From the NCBI GenBank assembly GCA_030390025.1, contig JASTWF010000034.1, forward strand, positions 5,642,001 to 5,706,000: a stretch of DNA of 64,000 nucleotides. The letters run 5' to 3'. The notes below the pieces were generated by a model. That model was not told where the DNA came from, made no database searches, and worked only from the letters and a program-made list of their open reading frames with translations. The position numbers and the translations under genes are program-made. Below, one piece after another: positions 15,001 through 26,268 of this stretch. The first letter of the stretch is position 1. Each line of letters begins with the position of its first letter. Origin of the DNA: Squalus acanthias (taxonomy: Eukaryota).

Positions 15001-17155
15001 TCCCTCACTACCAGGTCTGGTCCTACACCTAAGTCCGATCCCTCAATACCTGGTCTGGGCCCACACCTGAATCCGGTCCCTCAATACCTGGTCTGGTCCT
15101 ACACCCGACTCCAGTCCCCCACTACCCGGTCTGGGCCCACACCTGACTCCAGTCCCTCATTACCCGGTCTGGGTCTACACCTGACTCCTGTCCCTCACAA
15201 CACAGGCTGGGTCTACACCTGACTCCAGTCCCTCACTACCCCCTCTTAGCCTACACCCGACTCCAATCCCTCACTACCTGGTCTGGGCCGAAACCTGACT
15301 CCAGTCCCTCACTACCCGGTCTGGGCCTACAGCGGACACCTTCCCTCACTACCCGGTCTTGGCCTACACCCGACTCCAGTCCCCCACTACCTGGTCTGGG
15401 TCTACACCTAACTCCAGTCCCTCACTACGCAGTCTTGGTATACACCTGACTCCATTCCCTCACTACCCGGTCTGGGCCTACACCTGACTCCAGTCCCTCA
15501 CTACCCGGTCTGGGCCTACACCTGACTCCAGTCCCTCACTACCCGGTCTGGGTCTACACCTGACTCCAGTCCCTCACTACATAGTCTGGGCCTACACCTG
15601 ACTCCAGTCCCTCACTACCCGGTCTGGGCCTACACCTGACTCCAGTTCCTCACTACCCGGTCTGGGCCTACACCTGACTCCAGTCGCTCTAAAACCGGTC
15701 TGGGCCTACATCTGTCTCCAGTCCCTCACTACCCGTTCTTGGCCTACAGCTGACTCCGGTCCCTCACTACCTCGTCTGGGCCTGCACCTGGCTCCAGTAC
15801 CTCACTATCCGGTCTGGATAAACACCTGTCTCCGATCCCTCACTACCCAGTCTGGGTTTACTCCTGACTCCAGTCCCTCACTACCCAGTCTGGGCCTACA
15901 CCTGAATCCAGTCCCTCACTACCCAGTCTGGGCCTACACCTGAATCCAGTCCCTCACTACCCGGTCTGGGCCTACACCTGACTCCAGTCCCTCACTACCC
16001 GGTCTGGGTCTATTCCTCATTCCAGTCCCTCACTACTCGGTCTGGGCCTATACCTGACTCCAGTCTCTCACTACCTTGTCTGTGCCACCACCTGACTCCA
16101 GTCCCTCACTACCCGGTCTGGGTCTATACCTCACTCTAATCCCTCACTACCTGGTCTGGGTATACACCTGACTCCAGTCCCTCACTACCCGGTCTGGTCC
16201 TACACCTGAGTCCGATCCCTCAATACCTGGTCTGGGCCCACACCTGACTCCGGTCCCCCAATACCTGGTCTGGTCCCACACCAGACTCCAGTCCCTCACT
16301 ATCTGGTCTGGGTCGATACATCACTCCAGTCCCTCACTATCCGTCTGAGCCGACACCTGACTCCAGTCCCTCAATACCCGGTTTGGATCGACACCTGACT
16401 CCAGACCCTCACAGCCCGTTCTGGTCATACACCTAACTCCAGTCCCTCACTACCCGGTCTGGGCTACAACTGACTCCAATCCCTCACTACCCAGTCTGGG
16501 CCTACACCTGATTCCAGTCCCTCACTACCCGGTCTTGGCCTACACCCGACTCCAGTCCCTCACTACCCGGTCTGGGCCTACACCTGATTCCAGTCCCTCA
16601 CTACCCGGTCTGGGCCTCCACATGACACCAGTCCCTCACTACCTGGTCTGGGCCTACACCTGACTCCAGTCCCGCACTACGCGGTCTTGGTATACACCTG
16701 ACTCCATTCCCTCACTACCCGGTCTGGGCCCACACCTGACTCCAGTCCCTCACTACCCGGTCTGGGTCTACACCTGACTCCAGTTCCTCACTACCCGGTC
16801 TGGGCCTATACCTGACTCCAGTCCCTCTAAACCCGGTCTGGGCCTACACCTGACTCCAGTCCCTCACTACCCGGTCTTGGCCTACACCTGACTCCGGTCC
16901 CTCAATACCTGGTCTGGTCCTTCACCTCACTCCAGTCCCTCACTACCTGGTCTGGGCCTACACCTGAATCCAGTCCCTCACTACCCAGTCTGGGTATACT
17001 CCTGACTCCAGTCCCTCACTACCCAGTCTGGGCCGACACCTGAATCCAGTCCCTCTCTACCCGGTCTGGGTCTATACCTCACTCCAGTCCCTCAATACCC
17101 GGTCTGGGCCTACACCTGACTCCAGTCCCTCACTACGCGGTCCGGGCCTGCACCT
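1..17155. repeat. 38-bp tandem satellite, consensus ACACCTGACTCCAGTCCCTCACTACCCGGTCTGGGCCT, ~450 monomers, with higher-order duplications; runs off the left edge
   Basis: Period measured directly (ACACCTGACT at 14341 and 14379). Uninterrupted array ending at ...gggcctgcacct near 17155. No ORFs called in it. Confidence 0.97.
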
Positions 17156-17339
17156 TCAGTCCTGTCAGTCTTAATGGGCACTGAGTGTTGGAGAGAGAGT
17201 ATTGACAGTATAAATGCCTCTTATATCAGTAATGGGTCAGTATTGGGGAAATAGGTTATGTATATTAACGAAATGGTACAATTGTAAAGTGGGTGCAGTA
17301 ACAGAGACACCGCTTTAAGAGACCGCTGTGAAATATAGT

Positions 17340-18100
17340 TGCACAACCATAATTAGCGGGATGCGTCTCCGCTTTAAGGTCTCTCATTGATTCCAGTGCG
17401 CAAACTCGCCGCTGAAGCGGAAGATGCAATCACGCTGGGCGGGTAATTACGGAACGCTGCTGGGCGGGGATTGAGGACAAAGGCTGCACTCCGATTGGTG
17501 GAAGCGCAGCGGCGCCACCCAGTGATTGGTTCACTCAAATGTCCATCAGCGTGTGGCCGGGGAGGCGGGAGCTGAGAGGCTCAGGTGCTGGAGCGACCGT
17601 TTGATTGGTTGGCGAGCTGTCCATCGTCGAGCGAGTCGGCGGATCCCCCAGAGCGGCACTAGCTATTGGTTGGGGCGGCTGTCGGTCAAGCAACGGGCGG
17701 CTGCGATTGGTCAGCGGCCCCTTCAGTGGGCGGGGCAGGGGGACGAGAGTCAGCGCCTGAAGCGGCGGCAAAGCCCCGGGATTGGGCAGGCGGAGCAAGA
17801 GGAGGGTCCACCTCAGCCCAGAGCCCAGAACAGGCGGTCACACCGGCAGCTAATGTTCCCAATCCCCACCACGGCACTGCCCGGGATTAGGCATCAAGCC
17901 TCCATCTGGAGGAGGAAGAGGATGGTGAATCGGGGAGAGAAGGCCAGAAAACCCAGGGAGGGAGAAGAGATTTGGGGGCCTGGAGCACCCCCTCCCCTCC
18001 GCTCCGGTGGAAATTCCCGCCTCTGGGCTTCCCAATGGGAGATCCTATGTAAACATGTCAAGCTGTGGTTCCCACTCCTGCCAGAGGGGTCGCTGCAGCA
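17340..18100. promoter_or_regulatory. CpG-rich promoter-like island with six ATTGG (reverse CCAAT) boxes and GC boxes
   Basis: ATTGG at 17494, 17525, 17604, 17665, 17706 and 17781. GGGCGG boxes near 17462 and 17728. CpG density is visibly higher than in the flanks. The target transcript was not identified. Confidence 0.6.
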
Positions 18101-18110
18101 GCTGGAATTT

Positions 18111-18925
18111 TTTAGGATGCACGGCAGGGCAAGAGGCCATTCGGCTCAACCAGTCCACCCTGGGGTTTATGCTCCACTTGAGCCTCCTCCCGTCTTTCCT
18201 CATCCACCTGTATTAGAGTAACCCTCTTTTGCCTTTTCCCTCATATGCTTATCTAGCCTCCCCTTAAATGCATCAATACTGTTTGCTTCAACCGCTCCCT
18301 GTGGAAGTGAGTTCCACATTCTCACCACTCTCTGGGTGAAGAATTTTCTTCTGAATTCCCTATTTGTTTTCTTGGTGACTATCGTATAATGATGGCCTCT
18401 AATCTTGCTCTTCCCCACAAGTGGAAACACTCTCTCTGTATCTTTTCTTTCAAAACCTTTCATTATTTTAAAGATCTTTGTTATGTTACCCCTCAGCCTT
18501 CTCTTTTCAAGAGAAAAGCCTGTTCATCCTTTCCTGATAGAGGTACCCTCGCATTTCCTGTATTATCCTTGTAAATCTGCTCTGCACCCTCTCCAGCCTC
18601 TCTCTATCCTTTTTATAATCTGGTGACCAGAACTGTATGCAGTACTCCAAGTGTGGTCTAACCAAAGTTTGATACAGGTTTAGCAGAACTTCACTACTTT
18701 TCAATTCGATCCCCCTCGGAATAAACCCACAGGCTTGGTTTGCTTTTTTATGGCCTCGTTAATCTGTGTCGCTATTTTCAGTGCGGTGTGTATTTGTACT
18801 CCGAGATCTCCACTCCATTTAAATTCTTGGTTTCCAAGTGATATATGGCCTCGTTATTTTTCTTACCAAAATGAAATACCTCACATTTATCTGTTGAATT
18901 TCATTTGCCAATTATATGCCAATTA
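18111..18925 (-). mobile_element. CR1 LINE 3' fragment (ORF2 C-terminus plus 3' UTR), degenerate; module copy A
   Basis: Minus-strand peptides LYQTLVRPHLEYCIQFWSP and FFTQRVVRMWNSLPQGAVEANSIDAFKGRLDKHM are typical of the CR1 ORF2 C-terminus. Frameshifted. Confidence 0.9.
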
Positions 18926-19159
18926 AAGATGTGTTACGAATGCATAATAAATAGTATCAAACAATAATGCAAATATATGACTGTAACTATAATATTTATG
19001 TCTCCCCATCTCCTCTCTCCCGCTCTCTCCATCGGTCTCTCCTCCTCCCCCTTTGTGTCCCTCTCCCTCTCTCACTCAGAATTATAAAAAGTCTCTTTAC
19101 ATAGGATACACGGCACTGAAACAGGTCATTCAGCCAAAGCAGTCCAGGCTTTATTGCAG

Positions 19160-20593
19160 GTCTCCAAGCCACCGGGATCTGTTGCAGAGGAGTAGGTGAG
19201 GAGGACAAACACAGTTATCGTGTCAGCCTGTAATCCAGGCTCCATTCACCGTGTGAGGATCAGGGTAACTCAGCACAGGCCGAGGATGGATCCTGGGCCT
19301 TTCCTGCTCTGCGTGTGTGGGGGCTCTCAGTACCCACTCCGGGTGGGGACATTTGAGGATTGGGGCACATATCATTGTGTGGGTCTAATTGCCGCCTCTC
19401 TCTCTCACAGTTAGTTTCGGAGTTTGTGACTGAGCAGAATGGGCGGCTGCTGACCCGGGCATCTCACACATTCAAAATGGACGACCTGCTGGCGGAGATG
19501 CAGCAGATTGAGACCTCGAGACTTCGCCACGCTCCGCAGCGAGGTAAGATCACCCCTGGGAGTAGAGGGTAGAGCAGGGAAACAACTCAGCACAGTCCGG
19601 GGATAGAGCCTGGGCCTTTCCGTGTATGTGTGTGACTGACCACGGGCTTTGTGGGTACAGAGACACTGACCACGGGTATTGTGGGTACAGGGTCACTGAC
19701 CCCGGGCATTGTGGGTACAGGGTCACTGACGCCGGGCATTGTGGGTACAGGGTCACTGACCCCGGGCATTGTGGGTATAGGTTCACTGACCCCGGGCATT
19801 GTGGGTACAGGGACACTGACCCCGGGCATTGTGGGTACAGAGTCACTGACCCCGGGCATTGTAGGTACAGGGACACTGACACTGGGCATTGGGGTACAGG
19901 GTCACTGACCCCGGGCATTGTGGGTACAGGGCCTCTGCCCCATGGCATTGTGGGTACAGGGTCACTGACCACGGGCATTGTGGGTGCACGGTCACTGACC
20001 ACGGGCATTGTGGGTATAGGTTCACTGACCCCGGGCATTGTGGGTACAGGGACACCGACCCCGGGCATTGTGGGTACAGGGCCACTGCCCCATGGCATTG
20101 TGGGTACAGGGTCACTGACCACGGGAATTGTGGGTACAGGTTCACTGACCCCGGGCATTGTGGATACAGGGACACTGACCCTGGGCATTGTGGGTATATG
20201 TTCACTGACCCCGGGCATTGTGGGTACAGGGACACTGACCCCGGGCATTGTGGGTATAGGTTCACTGAACCCGGGCATTGTGGGTACAGGGACACTGACC
20301 CCGGGCATTGTTGGTACAGGGCCACTGACCCCGAGCATTGTGGGTACAGGGTCACTGCCCCATGGCATTATGGGTAAAGGGTCACTGACCCTGGGCATTG
20401 TGGTTAAGGTCTGAGGGTGATTACGGCCGCTCTGACTGTTTCACTTTAAATGATGTTTGACTTCTGAACCTTCCTCTACCCTTAGACCCCGCGTTGACCT
20501 GTCCAGCAAAGTAGACCCTGGAATACCTGGAACAAACGGCAGAGGAACTGTAGCTGGTGAACCCGAGCTGGAGCAGGGTCAGGAACAGAAATG
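19160..20593 (+). pseudogene. PEX5: PEX5 (PTS1 receptor) partial unprocessed pseudogene, copy A: exons 19160-19195, 19411-19543, 20486-20593
   Basis: AG/GT-bounded exons translate [55 protein letters not shown] and DPALTCPAK*TLEYLEQTAEEL*L. These match the recalled human PEX5 segments [56 protein letters not shown] and [28 protein letters not shown]. Stops at 19193, 20512 and 20551, a 1-bp deletion, and the intervening 132-bp exon is missing. Confidence 0.9.
19632..20405. repeat. 30-bp minisatellite (GGCATTGTGGGTACAGGGTCACTGACCCCG), copy A, intronic in the PEX5 fragment
   Basis: 30-bp period visible in the aligned lines. Produces the GIVGTGSLTP / PGVSDPVPTM pseudo-ORFs. Confidence 0.95.
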
Positions 20594-20624
20594 GTATGGA
20601 GCGGGAGGGAGTAACTGTGGTAAT

Positions 20625-21000
20625 GTCAGGGTAATGTAGAGGGAGCTCTGTCTTGTACCAGCCCTGGGAGTGCTGGATGCTGACACTGGGTATAAAGTGG
20701 GGGGACACTGTCAGGGTAATGTAGAGGGAGCTCTGTATTATACCTGCCCTGGGAGTGCTGGATGCTGACATTTGGATAAAGTGGGGGGACACTGTCAGGG
20801 TCGTGTAGAGGGAGCTCTGTATTATACCTGCCCTGGGAATGCTCGATGCTGACACTGGGTATAAAGTGGGGGTACAGTGTCAGGGTCGTGTAGAGGGTGC
20901 TCTGTATTGTACCTGCCCGGGGAGTGCTCGATGCTGACACTGGGTATAAAGTGGGGGGACACTGTCAGGGTAATGTAGAGGGAGCTCTGTTTTGTATCTG
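20625..21000. repeat. 85-bp minisatellite, copy A (~4.5 units)
   Basis: Unit GGGTAATGTAGAGGGAGCTCTGTATTGTACCTGCCCTGGGAGTGCTCGATGCTGACACTGGGTATAAAGTGGGGGTACACTGTCA, counted as 85 bp. Confidence 0.92.
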
Positions 21001-21009
21001 CTCCGGTAG

Positions 21010-21565
21010 TGGGAGGGGCGATGGCCACTTTGTGACATTGTTCCAGGCTGCCATGTGATTGGCTCCCGGTTCCTTTGTGATGTAACCTGGAGTCAGGGCC
21101 CCGCCTCTGGTTACGGCCCATCAGTGGGATGTCAGTGTGGGAGGAGCTGGAGTGACAGCTGACACTGGCAGTGTGCAGATCCCGATAAACAGGGCAAAGA
21201 ACAGAATAGAACAATTTGATATTAAAGTAAGTAATTCGTACCCACTCATTAATTGCAAATTTATTCAAATTAGTTACAATCACAGTCACAAAAACTGTAC
21301 TCCAGGTATAGATTCTGGGAATAATATGAATCATGTTTCTATTGACAGTCTCTGGGAGTGAGCAATACCTCAGGAAGGTGTAGAGAGAGAAGTCGAATCA
21401 TCGCCTCACTGACTGGGACTGGAGAAATGTCGCTGGCTTCACAGAGCAAGACTGGTGGGTTCGAGACCCCCAGTGTCAGAGATGGGAAAAAACGGGAAGC
21501 TTCAACAATGATTGGAAAGGGGAGGAGCTTTACTGAGAATCCCACCAGTCCAGGAATTTTCCGAG
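21010..21565 (+). other. Orphan 5' gene module, copy A: promoter-like block plus 217-bp exon (21349-21565) of an unidentified gene
   Basis: ATTGG at 21058, TGATGTAA, GC box CCCCGCC, possible donor GTAAGT near 21227. Acceptor tttctattgacAG, donor GAG|GTGCG. ACAATG at 21508 opens MIGKGRSFTENPTSPGIFR, ending in phase 1. Confidence 0.5.
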
Positions 21566-21814
21566 GTGCGAATCTAACCACATACTGGGAGCTGTTCAAC
21601 ATCTGTTTTCAGGCTCGCCTCAAGCGGCAAGTTGAGCAGAGCTTAACTCAGTGATAAACATTGCCCGTACCTCACCCGGGAGTGTTTGACACTTACAGGT
21701 AGTGGGATCTTTATTCACCCCATGCTGTACCTGAGCTGGTTGTGCTTCATTGGGCACTGACAAGGGAACTGTATGCTGCATTGAATACGTGCTGTATCTG
21801 AGTTGGTTCTGTTT

Positions 21815-22342
21815 GTGGGTCACTGAACTCGGGCATTGTGGATACAGATCACTGACCCTGGGCCTTGTGGGTACTGGGTGATTGATCCTGGGCATTGTGG
21901 GTACAGATCACTGATCCTGGATCTTGTGGGTACTGGGTCACTGACCCTGGCCCTTGTGGGAACGGGTCATGACCTTGGGTATTGTGGGTAAGGTAACTGA
22001 CCCTCAGGAATAGTGAGTAGAATGTCACTGACTCTGGGCATTGTGGGTACAGGGGACTGACACTGGGCAGTTTGGGTAAGCTCAATGACCCTGGACATTT
22101 TCGGTAAATGATCACTGCCCCTGGACATTGTGGGTACAGGGTCACTGCCCTTGGGCATTATGGATGCAGCGTTACTGACCCTGGGCATTGTGGGAACAAG
22201 CGACTTACACTGGGCATTGTGGGTAAGCTCAATGACCCTGGATATTGTCGGTAAATGGTCACTGCCCCTGGGCATTGTGGGTACAGGGTCATTGCCCCTG
22301 GGAATTGTGGATACAGCGTCACTGACACTGGGCATTGTGGGA
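21815..22342. repeat. 30-bp minisatellite, copy B (most diverged)
   Basis: Degenerate GGCATTGTGGGTACAGGGTCACTGACCCTG units. Confidence 0.88.
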
Positions 22343-22426
22343 AAGGTCCGGAGGGTGATTACAGCGGCCTGTGGGTGTATAACTTTAAATGGTGTTTGAC
22401 CTCTGACACTTCCTGTCCCCCCGCAG

Positions 22427-22535
22427 AACCTGCTGTGTCCTGCCCAGCGAAGTGGACCCAGGAATACCTGCAACATACAGAAGAGAAACTGTAGCTGGGG
22501 GAACACGAGCTGGAGCACAGTCTGGAACGGAATTG
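22427..22535 (+). pseudogene. PEX5: PEX5 exon fragment, copy B (109-bp exon)
   Basis: ccgcAG acceptor and TG|GTACGG donor. Translates PAVSCPAKWTQEYLQHTEEKL*LGEHELEHSLERNW, resembling PEX5 [22 protein letters not shown]. TAG at 22492. Confidence 0.85.
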
Positions 22536-22574
22536 GTACGGAGCGGGGAGAGGGAGGTAGTAATAATGTTAATG

Positions 22575-23385
22575 TCAGGGTAATATAGATGGAGCTCTTT
22601 ATTGTACCTGCCCCGGGAGCGCTCCATGCTGACACTGGGTATAAAGTGGGGGGACACTGTCAGGGTATTGTAGAGGGAGCTCCTCATTGTACCTGCCCCG
22701 GCAGTGCTTGCTGCTTATACTGGGTATAAAGTGGGGATACTCTGTCAGAGAAATGTAGAGGGAACTCTGTATTGTACCAGCCCTAGGAGCGCTCGATGCT
22801 GACAAAGGATATAAATTGGGGGTACACTCTCAGGGTAATGTAGATGGAGCTCTGTATTGTACCTGTCCTGGGAGTGCTCGATGCTGACACTGGGTATAAA
22901 GTGGGGGTACACTGTCAGGGTAATGTAGAGGGAGCTCTGTATTGTACCTGCCCTGGGATCACTCGATGCTGACACTGGGTATAAAGTGGAGGTCACTGTC
23001 AGGGTATTGTAGAGCGAGCTCCTTATTGTACCTGCCGCGGGAGTGCTTGCTGCTTATACTGGGTATAAAGTGGGGGTACACTGTCAGGGTAATGTAGAGG
23101 GAACTCTGTATTGTACCAGCCCTGGGAGCACTCGATGCTGACACTGGGTATAAAGTGGGGGGTACACTGTCAGGGTAATGTAGAGGGAGTTCTGTATTGT
23201 ATCTGCCCTGGGAGTGCTCGATGCTGACACTGGGTATAAAGTGGGGGTACACTGTCGGAGTAATGTAGAGGGAGCTCTGTATTGTACCTGCCCTGGGAGC
23301 ACTCGATGCTGACACTGGGTATAAAGTGGGGGTACACTGTCGGAGTAAAGCAGAGAGAGCTCTGTACTGTACCTGCCCCGCGAGT
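22575..23385. repeat. 85-bp minisatellite, copy B (~9.5 units)
   Basis: Same unit as at 20625. Confidence 0.92.
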
Positions 23386-23945
23386 GGGAGGGGCTACGGC
23401 TACTTTGTGACATTGTTCCAAGCTGCTGTGTGATTGGCTCCCGGTTCCTGTGTGATGTCACCTGGAGACAGGGCCCCACCCCTGGTTACGGCCCATCAGT
23501 GGGGTGTCAGGGTGGGAGGAGCTGGAGTGACTGCTGACACTGGGAGTGTTTAGTCCCAATAAACAGGGCAAAGGGCCGAAAAGAACTATTTAATATTATC
23601 TACAGTAATTCAAGCACTCATTAATTGCAAATATCTTCATAATAGATACAATCACAGACACAAAAACAGTCCTGCTGTATTACAGGTAGAGATTCTGGGA
23701 CTAATATGTCTCATTTTTCTATTGACAGTCTCTGGGAGTGAGCAATATCTCAGGAAGGTGAAGAGAGAGAAGTCGAATCATCGCCAAACTCACTGGGACT
23801 AGAGAAATGTCGCTGGTTTCACAGAGCAGATCTGGTGGGATCGAGACCCCCCGTGTCGGAGACGGGATAAAACGGGAAGCTTCAACAATGATTGCAAAGG
23901 GGAGGAACTTTACTGAGAATTCCAGCAGTCCATGAATTTGCTGAG
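23385..23945 (+). other. Orphan 5' gene module, copy B (217-bp exon 23729-23945; short ORF has a premature TGA)
   Basis: Colinear with 21010-21565. Donor GAG|GTGAGA. ATG at 23888 reads MIAKGRNFTENSSSP*. Confidence 0.5.
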
Positions 23946-24182
23946 GTGAGAGTCTAACCAGATACTGGGAGCTGTTCAACATCTGCCGTCAGGCTCGGCC
24001 TTTGATGTGGCAAGTTGAGCGGAGCTTAACTCGGAGATAAACCTTGCCTGTAACTCACCCGGGAGTGTTTGACATTTACATGTAGAGGGATCTTTATTCT
24101 GTATTGACCCCGTGCTGTACCTGAGCTGGTTGTGCTTCATTGGGCAATGTCAAGGGAGCTGTACGCTGCATTGAACACATGC

Positions 24183-24410
24183 TGTTACGTCAGATAACGA
24201 CTAGGCACCTGGTCTAATCGTTAAACAACGCTTTAATCAACTGTTTTACAACATGGAGATCGAGTTGTGTCCTTCACTAGTTCCGGTTAAGTATGTCCCG
24301 CGCAAGCTGGGCCCGTGCCCGTGTATTGATACTCTCCTTGGACAGCGCCACCCACAGGCCACTCAGTATAATTTCATAAGTCATGAATGACAGATTCATG
24401 TCGTGCTACA
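24183..24410. mobile_element. 228-bp insertion with TGT...ACA ends; possible solo LTR
   Basis: Absent from the homologous position in copy A (~21795). Starts TGTTACG and ends GCTACA. ATTAAA on the minus strand. No clean TSD seen. Confidence 0.45.
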
Positions 24411-24439
24411 CCTGAGTCAGTTGTGTTGATGAACCAAAT

Positions 24440-25046
24440 TGGAGGGAGCTTTACTCTGTATCTAACCCGTGCTGTACCTGCCCTGGGAGTGTTTGATGGG
24501 ACAGTGTTGAGGGAGCTTTACTCTGTGTCTAACCCGTGCTGTACTTGCCCTGCGACTGTTTGATGGAACAGTGTAGAGGGAGCTTTGCTCTGTATCTTAC
24601 CCGTGCTGTACCTGCCCTGGGAGTGTTTGATGGGACAGTGTAGAGGGAGCTTTACTCTGTATCTAACCCGTGCTGTACCTGCCCTGTGAGTGTTTGATGG
24701 GAGAGTGCAGAGGGAGCTTTACTCTGTATCTAACCCGTGGTGTACCTGCCCTGGGAATGTTTGGTGGGAACTGTTGAGGGAGCTTTACTCTGTATCTAAC
24801 CCGTGCTGTTCCTGCCCTGGGAGTGTTTGGTGGGGCAGTGTAGAGGGAGCTTTACTTTGTATCTAACCCGTGCTGTACCTGCCCTGGGAGTGTTTGATGG
24901 GACAGTGTAGAGGGAGCTTTACTCTGTATTTAACCCGTGCTGTAACTGCCCTGGGAGTGTTTGATGGGACAGTGTAGAGGGAGCTGCATTTTGTATCTAA
25001 CCCACTGTACCTGTCCTGGAGCTATTTGATGACAGCTTTACTCTGT
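24440..25046. repeat. 67-bp minisatellite (GAGGGAGCTTTACTCTGTATCTAACCCGTGCTGTACCTGCCCTGGGAGTGTTTGATGGGACAGTGTA), ~9 units
   Basis: Period 67 (CCGTGC at 24601 and 24668). Confidence 0.93.
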
Positions 25047-26092
25047 AACAGAGGATTACATGGGGTATACAGCACAGAACCAGGCCATCGGCCCAACCAG
25101 TCCATGCCAGCGTTTATGCTCCACTCGAGACACCTCCCGTCTTACCTCATCTAATTCTATCAGCATAACCCTCTATTCCCTTCTCCCACATATGCTTATC
25201 TAACTGCCCCTTAAATGCATCTATACTATTCGCTTCAACCACTCCCTGTTGTAGCGAGTTCCACATTCTCACCACTCTCGGGATAAAGAAGTTTCTTCTG
25301 AATTCCCCATTTGATTTCTTGGTTACTACCTTATATTGATGGCCTCTAATTTTGCTGTTCCCCACAAGTGGAAACATGCTCTCTGTATCCACTCCATCAA
25401 AACCTTTCCTCATTTTAAAGAGCTTTATTAGATCACCCCTCAGCCTTCAAGATAAAGGAGACCCAACGTTTTCATCCGTTCCTGATATGTATTTTGTTTT
25501 ATTCGTTTAAGGGATCTGGGCACCGCTGGCAAGGCCAGCATTTATTGCCCATTCCGAGTTGCCCTTGAGAAGGTGGTGGTGAGCCGCCTTCTTGAACCGC
25601 TGCAGTCCGTGTGGTGATGGTACTCCCACAGTGTTGTTAGGTAGGGAGTTCCAGGATTTTAACCCAGCGACGATGAAGGATCGGCGATATACTTCTAAGT
25701 CACCCTAGCTTTTCTGGTATTATCCATGTAAATCTTCTCTGCACCCTCTCCAGTGCCTCTATCCTCTTTATAATACAGCGACCAGAACTGTACACAGTTT
25801 TCCAAGTGTGGTCTAACCAAGGTTCGATACAAGTTTAGCATCAATTCACTACTTTTCAATTCTACCTTTCCAGATATAAACCCGAGTGATTGGTTTGCTT
25901 TTTATGGCCTTATTAACCTGTGTCGCTACTTTCAGTGATTTGTGTATTTGTACTCCGAGATTCCTTTGCTCCTCTACCCCATTTAGATTCTTATTTTCGA
26001 AGTAATATGTGACCTCTCTACATTTCTTCACAAAATGTAACACCTCAGGTTCATCTGTGTTAAATTTCATTTGCCAATTATATGCCCATTAA
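25047..26092 (-). mobile_element. CR1 LINE 3' fragment, module copy C (paralogue of 18111-18925), interrupted by a second LINE fragment
   Basis: Peptides RNFFIPRVVRMWNSLQQGVVEANSIDAFKGQLDKHM and MKFNTDEPEVLHF...EEQRNLGVQIHKSLK. Colinear with copy A. Confidence 0.9.
25492..25701 (-). mobile_element. 3' end of a different CR1/L2-group LINE nested in the CR1 fragment
   Basis: Minus strand reads SFIVAGLKSWNSLPNNTVGVPSPHGLQRFKKAAHHHLLKGN, then AATAAA and an A-rich tail. Absent from copy A. Confidence 0.7.
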
Positions 26093-26268
26093 AGAGCTAT
26101 TAGAAATAGATAATAAATAATATCAATCAGTAATGCAAATCTATGACTATAAATATAATATTTACGCCTCCTGTGCCTCTCTCTCTCAATCCCTCTCCCT
26201 CAGAATTAAAAAACGTCTCTTAGACAATAACAGGCCATTCGGCCCAACCAGTCCATGCCATATTCCAG

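Noticed and set aside
1..17155. CRISPR-like array (38-bp or 47-bp units)
   Set aside because: Head-to-tail monomers with no unique spacers, no cas genes, and a vertebrate context.
17526..18221. 231-aa ORF as a gene or as the first PEX5 coding exon (WGPGAP versus WPPGAP)
   Set aside because: Non-ATG start, GC-rich sequence, and it runs into a CR1 tail. The diagnostic MAMRELVEAECGGANPLM segment is absent.
21339..21602. 87-88-aa minus-strand ORF open in all three module copies (also 23719 and 32439)
   Set aside because: TTG start and no recognisable domain, while splice signals point to the plus strand. Staying open in three close paralogues is plausible by chance. A dN/dS test on more copies could revive it.
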